This document shows positions 39,201-51,200 of a stretch of 64,000 bases of DNA, piece by piece. Origin of the DNA: Mobula hypostoma (lineage: Eukaryota); assembly GCF_963921235.1 (NCBI RefSeq), contig NC_086107.1, positions 100,318,001-100,382,000 of the forward strand, written 5' to 3'. The notes below the pieces were generated by a model that did not search any database, was not told where the DNA came from, and saw nothing but the letters and a program-made list of their open reading frames with translations. The translations under genes and the position numbers were made by a program. Numbering within the stretch: the first letter of the stretch is position 1; each line of letters starts with the position of its first letter.

Positions 39201-42200
39201 GTGGAAGGATATGGACATGGTGTAGGTAGGAGGGATTAGTGTTTGGGTGGTTTTGATTTGCTTTTTAGCTGGTTCAGTACAACTTTGTGGGCCGAATGGC
39301 CTGTTCCTGTGCTTACTGTTCTACATTCTATGTAAAAAGGAGTATTGGATATCATTAGGAGTTTAAAGATGGATGAGTCCCAGGACTTGATGAGATGTAT
39401 CCCAGGATTCTTCGGAAGGTAGATTGCCAGGTCTCTCACTGACGCTTTTTAATCTTTGCTGACCATGGAAGTCAGGCATCTGGAAGCCAGCCAACAAAAA
39501 GAAACATAGAAACATAGAAAATAGGTGCAGGAGTAGGCCATTCGGCCCTTCGAGCCTGCACCGCCATTTATTATGATCATGGCTGATCATCCAACTCAGA
39601 ACCCTGCCTCAGCCTTCCCTCCATACCCCCTGATCCCCGTAGCCACAAGGGCCATATCTAACTCCCTCTTAAATATAGCCAATGAACTGGCCTCAACTGT
39701 TTCCTGTGGCAGAGAATTCCACAGATTCACCACTCTCTGTGTGAAGAAGTTTTTCCTAATCTTGGTCCTAAAAGGCTTCCCCTTTATCCTCAAACTGTGA
39801 CCCCTCGTTCTGGACTTCCCCAACATCGGAAACAATCTTCCTGCATCTAGCCTGTCCAATCCCTTTAGGATTTTATACATTTCAATCAGATCCCCCCTCA
39901 ATCTTCTAAATTCCAATGAGTACAAGCCCAGTTCATCCAGTCTTTCTTCATATGAAAGTCCTGCCATCCCAGGAATCAATCTGGTGAACCTTCTTTGTAC
40001 TCCCTCTATGGCAAGGATGTCTTTCCTCAGATTAGGGGACCAAAACTGCACACAATACTCCAGCTGTGGTCTCACCAAGGCCTTGTACAACTGCAGTAGT
40101 ACCTCCCTGCTCCTGTACTCGAATCCTCTCGCTATAAATGCCAGCATACCATTCGTCTTTTTCACCTCCTGCTGTACCTGCATGCCCACTTTCAATGACT
40201 GGTGTATAATGACACCCAGGTCTCGTTGCACCTCCCCTTTTCCTAATCAGCCACCATTCAGATAATAATCTGTTTTCCTATTTTTGCCACCAAAGTAGAT
40301 AACTTCACATTTATCCACATTAAATTGCATCTGTCATGAATTTGCCCACTCACCCAACCTATCCAAGTCACTCTGCATCCTCCTCACAGCTAACACCGCC
40401 ACCCAGCTTCGTGTCATCCGCAAACTTGGAGATGCTGCATTTAATTCCCTCATCCAAGTCATTAATATATATTGTAAACAACTGGGGTCCCAGCACTGAG
40501 CCTTGCGGTACCCCACTAGTCACCGCCTGCCATTCTGAAAAGGTCCCGTTTATTCCCACTCTTTGCTTCCTGTCTGCTCACCAATTCTCCACCCACACCA
40601 ATACCTTACCCCCAATACCGTGTGCTTTAAGTTTGCACACTAATCTCCTGTGTGGTACCTTGTCAAAAGCCTTTTGAAAATCCAAATATACCACACCCAC
40701 TGGTTCTCCCCTATCCACTCTACTAGTTACATCCTCAAAAAATTCTATGAGATTCGTCAGACATGATTTTCCTTTCACAAATCCATGCTGACTTTGTCCG
40801 ATGATTTCACCGCTTTCCAAATGTGCTGTTATCACATCTTTGATAACTGACTCCAGCAGTTTCCCCACCACCGACGTTAGGCTAACCGGTCTATAATTCC
40901 CCGGTTTCTCTCTCCCTCCTTTTTTAAAAAGTGGGGTTACATTAGCCACCCTCCAATCCTCAGGAACTAGACCAGAATCTAACGAGTTTTGAAAAATTAT
41001 CACTAATGCATCCACTATTTCTTAGGCTACTTCCTTAAGCACTCTGAGATGCAGACCATCTGGCCCTGGGGATTTATCTGCCTTCAATCCCTTCAATTTA
41101 CCTAACACCACTTCCCTACTAACATGTATTTCGCTCAGTTCCTCCATCTCACTGGACCCTCTGTCCCCTACTATTTCTGGAAGATTATTTATGTCCTCCT
41201 TAGTGTAGACAGAACCAAAGTAATTATTCAATTGGTCTGCCATGTCCTTGCTCCCCATAATCAATTCACCTGTTTCTGTCTGTAGGGGACCTACATTTGT
41301 CTTTACCAGTCTTTTCTTTTTTACATATCTATAAAAGCTTTTACAGTCAGTTTTTATGTTCCCTGCCAGTTTTCTCTCATAATCTTTTTTCCCCTTCCTA
41401 ATTAAGCCCTTTGTCCTCCTCTGCTGAACTCTGAATTTCTCCCAGTCCTCAGGTGAGCCACTTTTTCTGGCTAATTTGTATGCTTCTTCTTTGGAATTGA
41501 TACTATCCCTAATTTCTCTTGTCAGCCACGGGTGCACTATCTTCCTTGATTTATTCTTTTGCCAAACTGGGATGAACAATTGTTGTAGTTCATCCATGCA
41601 ACCTTTAAATGCTTGCCATTGTATATCCACCGTCAATCCTTTAAGTGTCATTTGCCAGTCTATCTTAGCTAATTCACGTCTCAAACCTTCAAAGTTACCC
41701 CTCTTTAAGTTCAGAACCTTTGTTTCTGAATTAACTATGTCACTCTCCATCTTAATGAAGACTTCCACCATATTATGGTCACTCTTACCCAAGGGGCCTC
41801 TCACGACAAGATTGCTAATTAACCCTTCCTCATTACTCAAAACCCAGTCCAGAATAGCCTGCTCTCTAGTTGGTTCCCCGACGTTGGTTCAAAAAACCAT
41901 CCCGCATACATTCCAAGAAATCCTCTTCCTCAGCACCTTTACCAATTTGGTTCACCCAATCTACATGTAGATTGAAGTCACCCATTTAACTGCTGTTCCT
42001 TTATTGCACACATTTCTAATTTCCTGTTTAATACCATCTCCGACCTCACTACTACTGTTAGGTGGCCTGTACACAACTCCCACCAGCATTTTCTGCCCCT
42101 TAGTGTTACGCAGCCCTACCCATATCGATTCCACATCTTCCCGGCTTATGTCCTTCCTTTCTATTGTGTTAATCTCCTCTTTAACCAGCAACGCCACCCC

Positions 42201-45200
42201 ACCTCCTTTTCTTTCATGTCTATCCCTCCTGAATATTGAATATCCCTGAACGTTGAGCTCCCATCCTTGGTCACCCTGGAGCCATGTCTCTGTGATCCCA
42301 ACTATATCATAATCATTAATAACAACCTGCACTTTCAATTCATCCACCTTATTACGAATGCTCCTTGCATTGACACACAAAGCCTTCAGGCGCTCTTTTA
42401 CAACTCTCTCAGCCCTTATACAATTATGTTGAAAAGTGGCCCTTTTTAATGTGGCACCTTCATAAAAAAGGGTAACAAAGATAACCCAGGTAGTTATCAA
42501 CCACTGAGTCCAACATGAGTGGTAAGAAAGTTACTGGGAACAAAAAAAATCTAAGAGACAGATTTAATTCTGATTTAGAAAAGCAGGGATTAACTATTTA
42601 CATCTATATTAGCGCGCAGATTGGAAAAGCTTTTACCTGGCCTAATCCATTTAGACCAGACTGGATTTATTCAACAAAGACAAACACAGGACAACATAAG
42701 GAGAACTCTGCACATATTAGAACAGGTTAATAAGAACGAGACAGAGACAATGGTAGTAGGATTGGACGCTGAGAAAGCTTTTGATTCGGTTAGTTGGGCA
42801 TTCCTATACAGAGTGTTAGGAAGATTCGGCTTTCAAGAAAGGTTTATTAAAGTAATTCAGACTCTGTATGACAGCCCAACAGCCCGAATTAAGATAAATG
42901 GGGACCTCTCTGACTCCTTCATTTTAGAGAGAGGCACTAGACAGGGATGCCCAATTTCTCCTCTCCTTTTTGCGCTATATATTGAACCACTTGCCCAACT
43001 AATAAGACAGAGCGAAATCGTAAAAGGTATCAAGGTGGCAGGGATTGAACAGAAAGTGGCGTTATTCGCAGATGATGTTTTGGTCTATCTGAGTGTACCA
43101 GAAAAATCATTTATAGGATTGTTTACACTGTTGGATGACTTTGGGAAAATATCAGGTTATAAAATAAATGTAAAGAAAACGCAGGTTATGTCCCTAAATT
43201 ATACACCATCCAAAAAATTGCAGGATACATACCATCTTAAGTGGGAAGCTAAATCATTAAAATATTTAGGAATAACCCTGCCGAAGGATCTTTCAACACT
43301 GTCACAGGTAAATTATGGGCCATTAATCTCAGAGATAAAAGCAGATATGCATAGATGGAATCTTATCCCCTTTTTAAGTTTAAATTCAAGGATAAATACT
43401 ATAAAAATGAATATTCTTCCTCGGTTATTATATCTTTTCCGTACTTTACCAGTGGAGGTGGATGATAATCAATTCAGGGAATGGGACAATTGGATTTCCC
43501 GCTTCATTTGGCAAGGAAGGAAACCTAGAATTCGATATAACACCTTACAGTTAGGGAAGGAAAGAGGAGGTATGGTTCTTCCTTGCCTGAGAAATTATTT
43601 TTATGCCTCACAGATAACCCCTCTGTTATATTGGTGTAATAGGGAATATAAGGCTAGATGGAAGGAAATAGAATTTGGATTAGTTGACAGTTTTCCTCTT
43701 CAGGCCTCAATAGCTGACAAAGGATTGATGGCCCAGTTGGAAAAATTTAATAATGCTTGGATAAATCTTACATTAAAAGTATGGCAGAAGGTGGTTAATT
43801 CATGTGGAATTAATAACATGCTAAAACTCTTTAGATGGTGTGCATATGATACCGAATTCCTTCCCAACAGAGGAGATAAAAGATTTGAGCTATGGATAAA
43901 GAAAGGTCTTACAACCTACCTCTCATTTATAGATAAAAGAGTATTACAAAGTTTCCAAATCCTGCAGGACAAACATGGCCGAGAACATAATGACTTTTTT
44001 AGGTACCTTCAAATACGAAACTATGTTAACCAGAGTTGTAGATATACAGACCTATCAACAGTAGAATTAGAATTTTTCAAGATTCTGAATTCGGCTTGCA
44101 GTTCAATACCTAGTAAATCAGTTTCTCGCCTATATAATGCACTCTCCCATGCTAAAAATGTAAATACACTGTATATTAAAGAGAAGTGGGAGAACGAAGC
44201 GGGGTTGGTACTTTCAGAGGAGGCTTGGGGGAAAATCTGCAGCTTTCAATGGTCCTCGACTAATTCTTTGACTTGGAGAGAACATTGTTGGAAAAACATT
44301 ATAAGATACTTCAAGACCCCATATCAGGAAAAATATAAAGATACAAATGTGATGTGTTGGAGAAGGTGCGGCTCTAAGGAGGCAAATCATTTTCATATTT
44401 TCTGGGATTGCCCTAAATTAAGTCTATTTTGGGAAGGTATTCATAGAACATTAGTTAAGGTACTTAGGTCCCAGATACCTCTGAACTTTGAGACGCTCTA
44501 TTTGGGGCATATATTGTTCCTTGAACAGAAGGAAGATATAAAGTTGCTGCAGGCCCTCTTAGCGGCAAGTAAGAAATCAATCACTAGAAAATGGCTAAAT
44601 CCAATACCACCTACATTAGAAGATTGGTACGAAATTATCTTGGAAATATTTAAAATGGAAAAGTTGACCTACTCCCTGAGAACTCAAAAAGAAACATTTT
44701 ATCAAATCTGGAATAAATGGATTGAATATATAACCCCAATGCGAGCAGACTTTAGATGACTCTCCTAATGATTTATATTGCTCTTCTCATCAACACAGTA
44801 ATATTGCTAACGTAAGCACCCCTAGTCTAAATGTTTGTTGTGTTTTTTTTTTGGAAAATAGAGAATTAACACAAGTAAAGGGAAAGATTTGGGAAAGGGA
44901 TAAAAAAAAAATGAAAAAATTAAGTAAATAAGTACACAGGGATTGAATAATTATGTCTGCGGGCAGGAACAAGCACGAACAAATTGGGATATAAACACCT
45001 ACAATGGTTGGTATATAGGCTTGTATGCAACATTTTGGACCAGTGGAAATGGTCCAGCAGGGTTGTATGGAAACTATTATTACCATTTTTCTTAACAACT
45101 AATTTCATTACTTAGCCTAATAGGTTAGATTTACCACAGTACATAATTATCTATTTAAATGTTTATTTTGCTTTTATATCATCTCAATGTGTACTTAAGA

Positions 45201-48200
45201 ATGTATAAATAATTGTAGTTTTATACATATAAAAAAATGGAAAAGGTTATATGTGTGAAAAAAGTACATGATAAGTGTGAACTCCTTATCCAAATAAAAA
45301 TAAAATTTAAAAAAAAAGAAAAGCAGGGATTATACAAAGATAATCAGTATGGTTTTGTTGTAGAGAACATTTTGACTCAGTAATTTGACTGTGTTCTTTA
45401 AAGAGATAACAAAGTATATTGATTAAAGGTCTTAGTAAATCCTTTGACAAGCTCACGTGTAGGAGATTAGTCTAAAGCAGGGGATCCCAACCTTTTTTAT
45501 GCCATGGACCAATACCATTGAGCAAGGGGTCCGTGGATCCCAGGATGGGAACCCTTGGTCTAAAGCGTTAGAGCCCATGGCATCCAAGGCAAGTCAGCAA
45601 ACTGGACACAAAATTGGCTTGGTACAGGAGGCACAGGGAGGTAATAAAAGGTCATTCTTGTGACGATGCCTGTGACCACAGGGGTTGATGCTGGGGCCCT
45701 TACTATTTGATATATATGTTAAACAATTTTAAAGTTGATGTAAAAGTAAACATGGGATGGCAGGTCTTTCATATGAAGAAAGACTGGATGAACTGGGCTT
45801 GTACTCGTTGGAATTTAGAAGATTGAGGGGGGATCTGATTGAAACGTATAAGATCCTAAAGGGATTGGACAGGCTAGATGCGGGAAGATTGTTCCCGATG
45901 TTGGGGAGGTCCAGAACAAGGGGTCACAGTTTGAGGATAGAGGGGAAGCCTTTTAGGACCGAGATTAGGAAAAACTTCTTCACACAGAGAGTGGTGAATC
46001 TGTGGAATTCTCTGCCACAGCAAACTATTGAGGCCAGTTCATTGGCTATGTTTAAGAGGGAGTTAGATATGGCCCTTGTGGCTACAGGGGTCAGGGGGTA
46101 TGGAGGGGAGGCTGGGTTCTGAGTTGGATGATCAGCCATGATCATAATAAATGGCGGTGCAGGCTCGAAGGGCCAAATGGCCTACTCCTGCACCTATTTT
46201 CTATGTTTCTATGTTTCTATGTAAACCCACATATAACACAAAAGTGTTGACCCTGACAAAGGTGGTCAGATTCAGATTTATGTATCTATCACATGTACAT
46301 CGAAAGATACAGTGAAATGCATGGTGTATGTAACAACCAACACACCCAAGGACACATACATACCCCTCTAAACCTAGGATAGGCCTCCAGTGTACTCATG
46401 GACTCACACACTGAGCCTTCAACTTCCGCAGCAGACCTGCATAGATTTGCAGACCTGGGGTTCTGCCATAGGTTACATGACGATAATGATCAGATGATAA
46501 AATGGGCAGAGCAATGATAGATGGAATAAGTGTGATGTACTTAGAAGGATGAATAAAGTTAGGACATAGACATGAATGGCTGGCTCGAGTACAGGGGTTC
46601 CCAGCCTGGCACAGACCCCTTGCTGAATGGTATTGGTTCATGGCATAAAAAAGGTTGGGAACCCCTGCTCCAGGGATACTGAGGGAGAGAAGGGTTGATT
46701 TACAAGGATTCCTGAGGAATGTAGCACAGTTAGATAAGATGGTGAAGGCGGCACTGGGAATGGTTGTCTTCAATAGCCGGACATAGAATATAGAAAGAGA
46801 GGCCATAACAACTATATTAAGCAGTGGTACAGCTACAGGTGGAGTACTGTGTGCAGTTCTAGTGCCACACAGCAGATTGGAGATTATAATGGAAACAATG
46901 CGAAGAAAGTTTACCAGAATATTGCCTGAGTCGGAATGAATCAGTCATGAGGAGGGACTACAGAAATTTTTTTTTTCCTTGGAATGAAGGAACCTGCCAA
47001 GAGACTCAGCTGAACCACAGAAAACTACAAGGGGCATTACAGAGAGGGTAGAAAGTGAGAAACTCTTTCCCTTAACATAGATGTCCAAAGCTAGATGGTG
47101 TAATAAGGTTAAAATGGGTTTAAAGAGTATTTGAGGAAGAATATTTTCACCAGGGTGGAACACACTGACTAAAAGAATAATGGAGACAGAGACTCTCATA
47201 ACGTTTAAGTGTCTTGATGAGCATTTGAATGGCCAAGGCAAAGGCTCTGAGCTGGAAAATAGGGTTTAGTATTGACGGTTGGCAGGGACATGGTAAACAA
47301 ATGGTCTTTTCTGTGCTGCATGACTATGACTTAAGTACTCAATCATCCTTTGAAAAGCAATGACATCCATTCCACAAATCTTCTGTCTATAGACTTTTCT
47401 CTTAAGTTCCCCTCCAGTTCTTTCGCTGTTTTGAACAGGGACAGCGTCCTTTGAACTCAAAAGCTCTTTAAACTTTTTATTGGGGAGGAATGTACACAAG
47501 ACAAAATAGCTTGTCCTACCAAACAACAATCAAAATGGTTTGCTTGTCTTTGAGCTTTATATACCTGCTCATTGAGGTGCAGCTTCTTCAGACGTTTCAT
47601 CAACTGGTCCTTACTGCAGGGCAAGAAAGAAGCCAGATAGCTGTACACTCCTGAACGCTGAGTCGGATTCAGATCCTGCACTTGTAACTCAATACTGCAC
47701 AGACAGACACATACAGCATGGTTAGCATCAATGATAAACCTTACATCCAGCACCCTCCCCACTCCCAAGACATACAGTTGCAACTAAAAGTTTGTGAACT
47801 CTTTGCAATTACCTGGTTTTCTGCATTAATTACTTATAATTGCGGTCTGATCTTTATCCAAGTCATAATAGGCAAACACAATCTGCCTGAACAAGTAACA
47901 CACAAAATGCTGGAGGAATTCAGCAGGCCAGGCAGCATCCATGGAAAAGAGCACAGTTGAGGTTTCGAGATGAGACCCTCCAGCAGGTCTCAGCAGGTCT
48001 CGGCCCAAAACGTCAACTGTGCTCTTTTTAGCATCTGATTTCCAGAATCTGTAGATTTTCTCTTGTTAGTGATGGAACACCTTGACACCAAGTTGTCCAA
48101 AGTGTTCAAAAAATGCTAAACAAGTTAAAACTGGGGGATTGCTCAAGTACTACGTAATGACTTTCCCCTTCTCTGCACATACTAAACATGATAATTCGAG

Positions 48201-51200
48201 TACTTGCATATGCCTGAACTGCTGGGATTCTGAAACAAAGCTACTGAACGTTTAACAAGTTTGTTTTAAGCAAGAGAACCAGGTACAGTTGCAAGAAAAA
48301 GTTTCTGAACCCTTTGCAATTACCTAGTTTTCTGCATTAATTACTTATAAAATGTGGTCTGATCTTCATCTAAATCATAATAATAGATAGACACAATCTG
48401 CCTAAACTAATAACACACAAACAATTGTACTTTTCATATCTTTATTGAACACATTGTTTAATCATTCACAGTCCAGGCTGGAAAAAGTATGTGAACCCTT
48501 GTATTTAATAACTGGTAGAACTTCCTTTAGCAGCAATAACCTCCAACAAACATTTCATGTAGCTGCTGATCAGACTTGCACAATGGCGAGGAGGAATTTT
48601 AGACCATTCCTCCATACAAAACTGCTTCAGTTTATTAATATTTCTGGGATACCTTGCATGAACAGCCCTCTTCAGATCATGCCACAGCCTCTCAATTGGG
48701 TTAAAGTCTGGACTCTGAATTGGCCATTCCAAACCACAATTTTTTTTCTTGTTAAATCATTCTGCTGTTGATTTACTCTTGTGTTTCCGATCATCATTCA
48801 TCCTAACATAATGGTGTGCATTTCTGCCAAAAACTTCAACTTTTGTCTCATCTGTCTACAGAACATTGTCCCAGAAGCGTTGTGGAACAGCCAGGTGGTC
48901 TTTTGCAAACTTGAGATGTGCAGCAATGTGTTTTTTCAGAGAGCAGTGTTTGCCTCTGTGCTGTACTTGCATGAACACCATTCTTGTTCAGTGTTGTTCT
49001 TACAGTTGACACATGAACAGAGACTTCAGCAAGTTCTAGAGATTTCCGCAGGTCTTTTGTTGTAACCCTTGAGTTCTTTTTCACTTCTTTCAGCATTGCA
49101 CGTTGTGCTCTTTGTGTGATCTTAGCAGGACGCCCACTCCTAGGGGGAGCAGCAACTGTACTGAATTTCCTCCTTTTGTAGACAATTTCTCTTATTGAGG
49201 ACTGATGAACACTAAGGTCTTTAGAAATGCTTTTGTAGCCTTCTTCAGCTTTATGCATCTCTACAATTCTTCTTCTAAAACCCTCTGAAAGTTGTTTTAA
49301 TCGAGGCATGGTGCACATAAACAGATCTTTCTTGAGAAGAGCAGGCTCTGTCAGTAACCTGACTTTGTGTTGCCTTTTTTATAGAGCAGGGCACCTCTAC
49401 AACCCACACATCCAATCTCATCTCATTGATTGGAACACCTGTCTCCAAACAGCTTTTGTAGAAGACATTACCCCAGAGATTCACATACTTTTCATACTCC
49501 ATATTGATGAGAAGTAGTACAATTGTTTGTGTGTTCACAAACGAGAAAATCTGCAGATGCTGGAAATCCAAGCAACACACACAAAATGCTGAAGGAACTC
49601 AACAGGCCAGGCAGCATCTATGGAAAAGAGTAAACATTCAACATTTTGAGCCCAGACCTGGCATGAGTCCTGATGAAGGGTCTCAGCCCAAAACGTCAAC
49701 TGTTTACTCTTTTCCATAGATGCTGCCTGGCCTGCTGAGTTTCTCCAGCATTTTGTGTGTGTTGCTCAAGTCGTTCCATTAAGTCTTGCCAAACATTCTT
49801 TTTATATAGGTACTTGCTACTGTCATAAGAATTATTCTTTAAAATTCTATTAATTTTATTCTGAAGACTGTAAAACAGAGGTCTTGCTTGTGATATTATA
49901 AGTTTGAAGGAAATAGACTTACTCCAGCAAGATGGTATTAATGTCTGGGGTGAAAAATTTCTTCTTTCCTTCCCCTTCAGAAACTTTGCCAGCCTAAAAG
50001 ATACAGATCTTGGCTTAGACACACTGACAAAGTCACAGTATTAAAGACACAGGCTGTCCAACAATAATTCCTGGCTGTAAAGCATCCAATTCAGGCCTGG
50101 AATTTCTATAAATTATTGCAGAACTCATAAAATTGATATAATGTCATATAACCTGAGGTTCAAGATTCAAGATTGTTTAATGTAATTTCTGTACACAAGT
50201 GTAAAGGAGAATTAAATAATTGTTACTCCGGATCCGATGCAGCACAAACAAACACAATAAATATAAATACATAAGATAGCTTATATACTTAGATTGATTG
50301 TATGTCCATAAATTGATGCTAGGCTAGGAGTGCCTGTACAAGATTTTCACTACACATATACATATCCAGTTTTCTACTCAGAAAAGTAGTTCACTGAAAA
50401 GTATAAAAAAACAATAAGCATCAAATACTTGATAAAGGTTTTCTGGGATTGTCTGGATAGTCCAAGGAGCTAAGCAACAGAGTAATGGTGCAGGAACCAT
50501 CTTTTTTCTGTAGCTATGAACTAAAATCCTAGCTTACAGGTTGTTCCAAATCTTACATTGTGTTTACCGCACAAGATTGTGCCTTGCAGTCACAAGTGCT
50601 CAAACGAAGTCAAGATACTTGAAGAAAACAGATAAAAAGATTAAGAAAAATATTAAAAGGCAAGAAAGAATTACCAGGAGAACAAATTAGAGGTCAAGGA
50701 TGATCTCCCAAGCATTCTGGTACATACAATTTGGTCTAACTGTCCTCTCCAATCGGATCCCATCTTCTTCAGGCCTGTGTCACCTCCACCTATCACCCCT
50801 CACCTTCCTACATCACTCTCACTGTCCCCTATGCTCACCTAACTATGACCAGCCCCCCATCATCTGCCAACTCTTGCTCCCCCCCACCTTTTTATTATAT
50901 CTCCCCTCTTTCTTCCAGACGTGATGAAGGGCCTCAATGTGAAACGTTGACCATCCATTTCCTTCTACAGATGCTACCTGACCTGCTGAGTTCTTCCATC
51001 TTTTTGTGTAGTGCACTAGATTTCCAGAATCTGCATTCTCTTGAGTCTACATATAACTAACCTGTTGGCACTTGTTGTCTGCCTCTTGATAAAGCAAAAG
51101 GACCACCTGTACTTGGCTCAAGATGAACCAAAGTGATTTTCAAGGCAGATTCATGCTATCTCCAAGGAAAAATCTTTAAAATGAACAAGCTCCTCTGAAG

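Larger units (their letters stand above)
37975..47330 (+). mobile_element. Old, heavily decayed CR1 LINE acting as host for younger insertions
   Basis: Collinear CR1-like remnants at ~37975-38900, 39340-39490, 42447-42592, 45317-45750 and 46400-47330. Confidence 0.6.

Noticed and set aside
42621..44759. Domesticated RT gene
   Set aside because: 5'-truncated within ORF2, no ATG start, with polyA and TSD; a recent insertion explains the intact frame.
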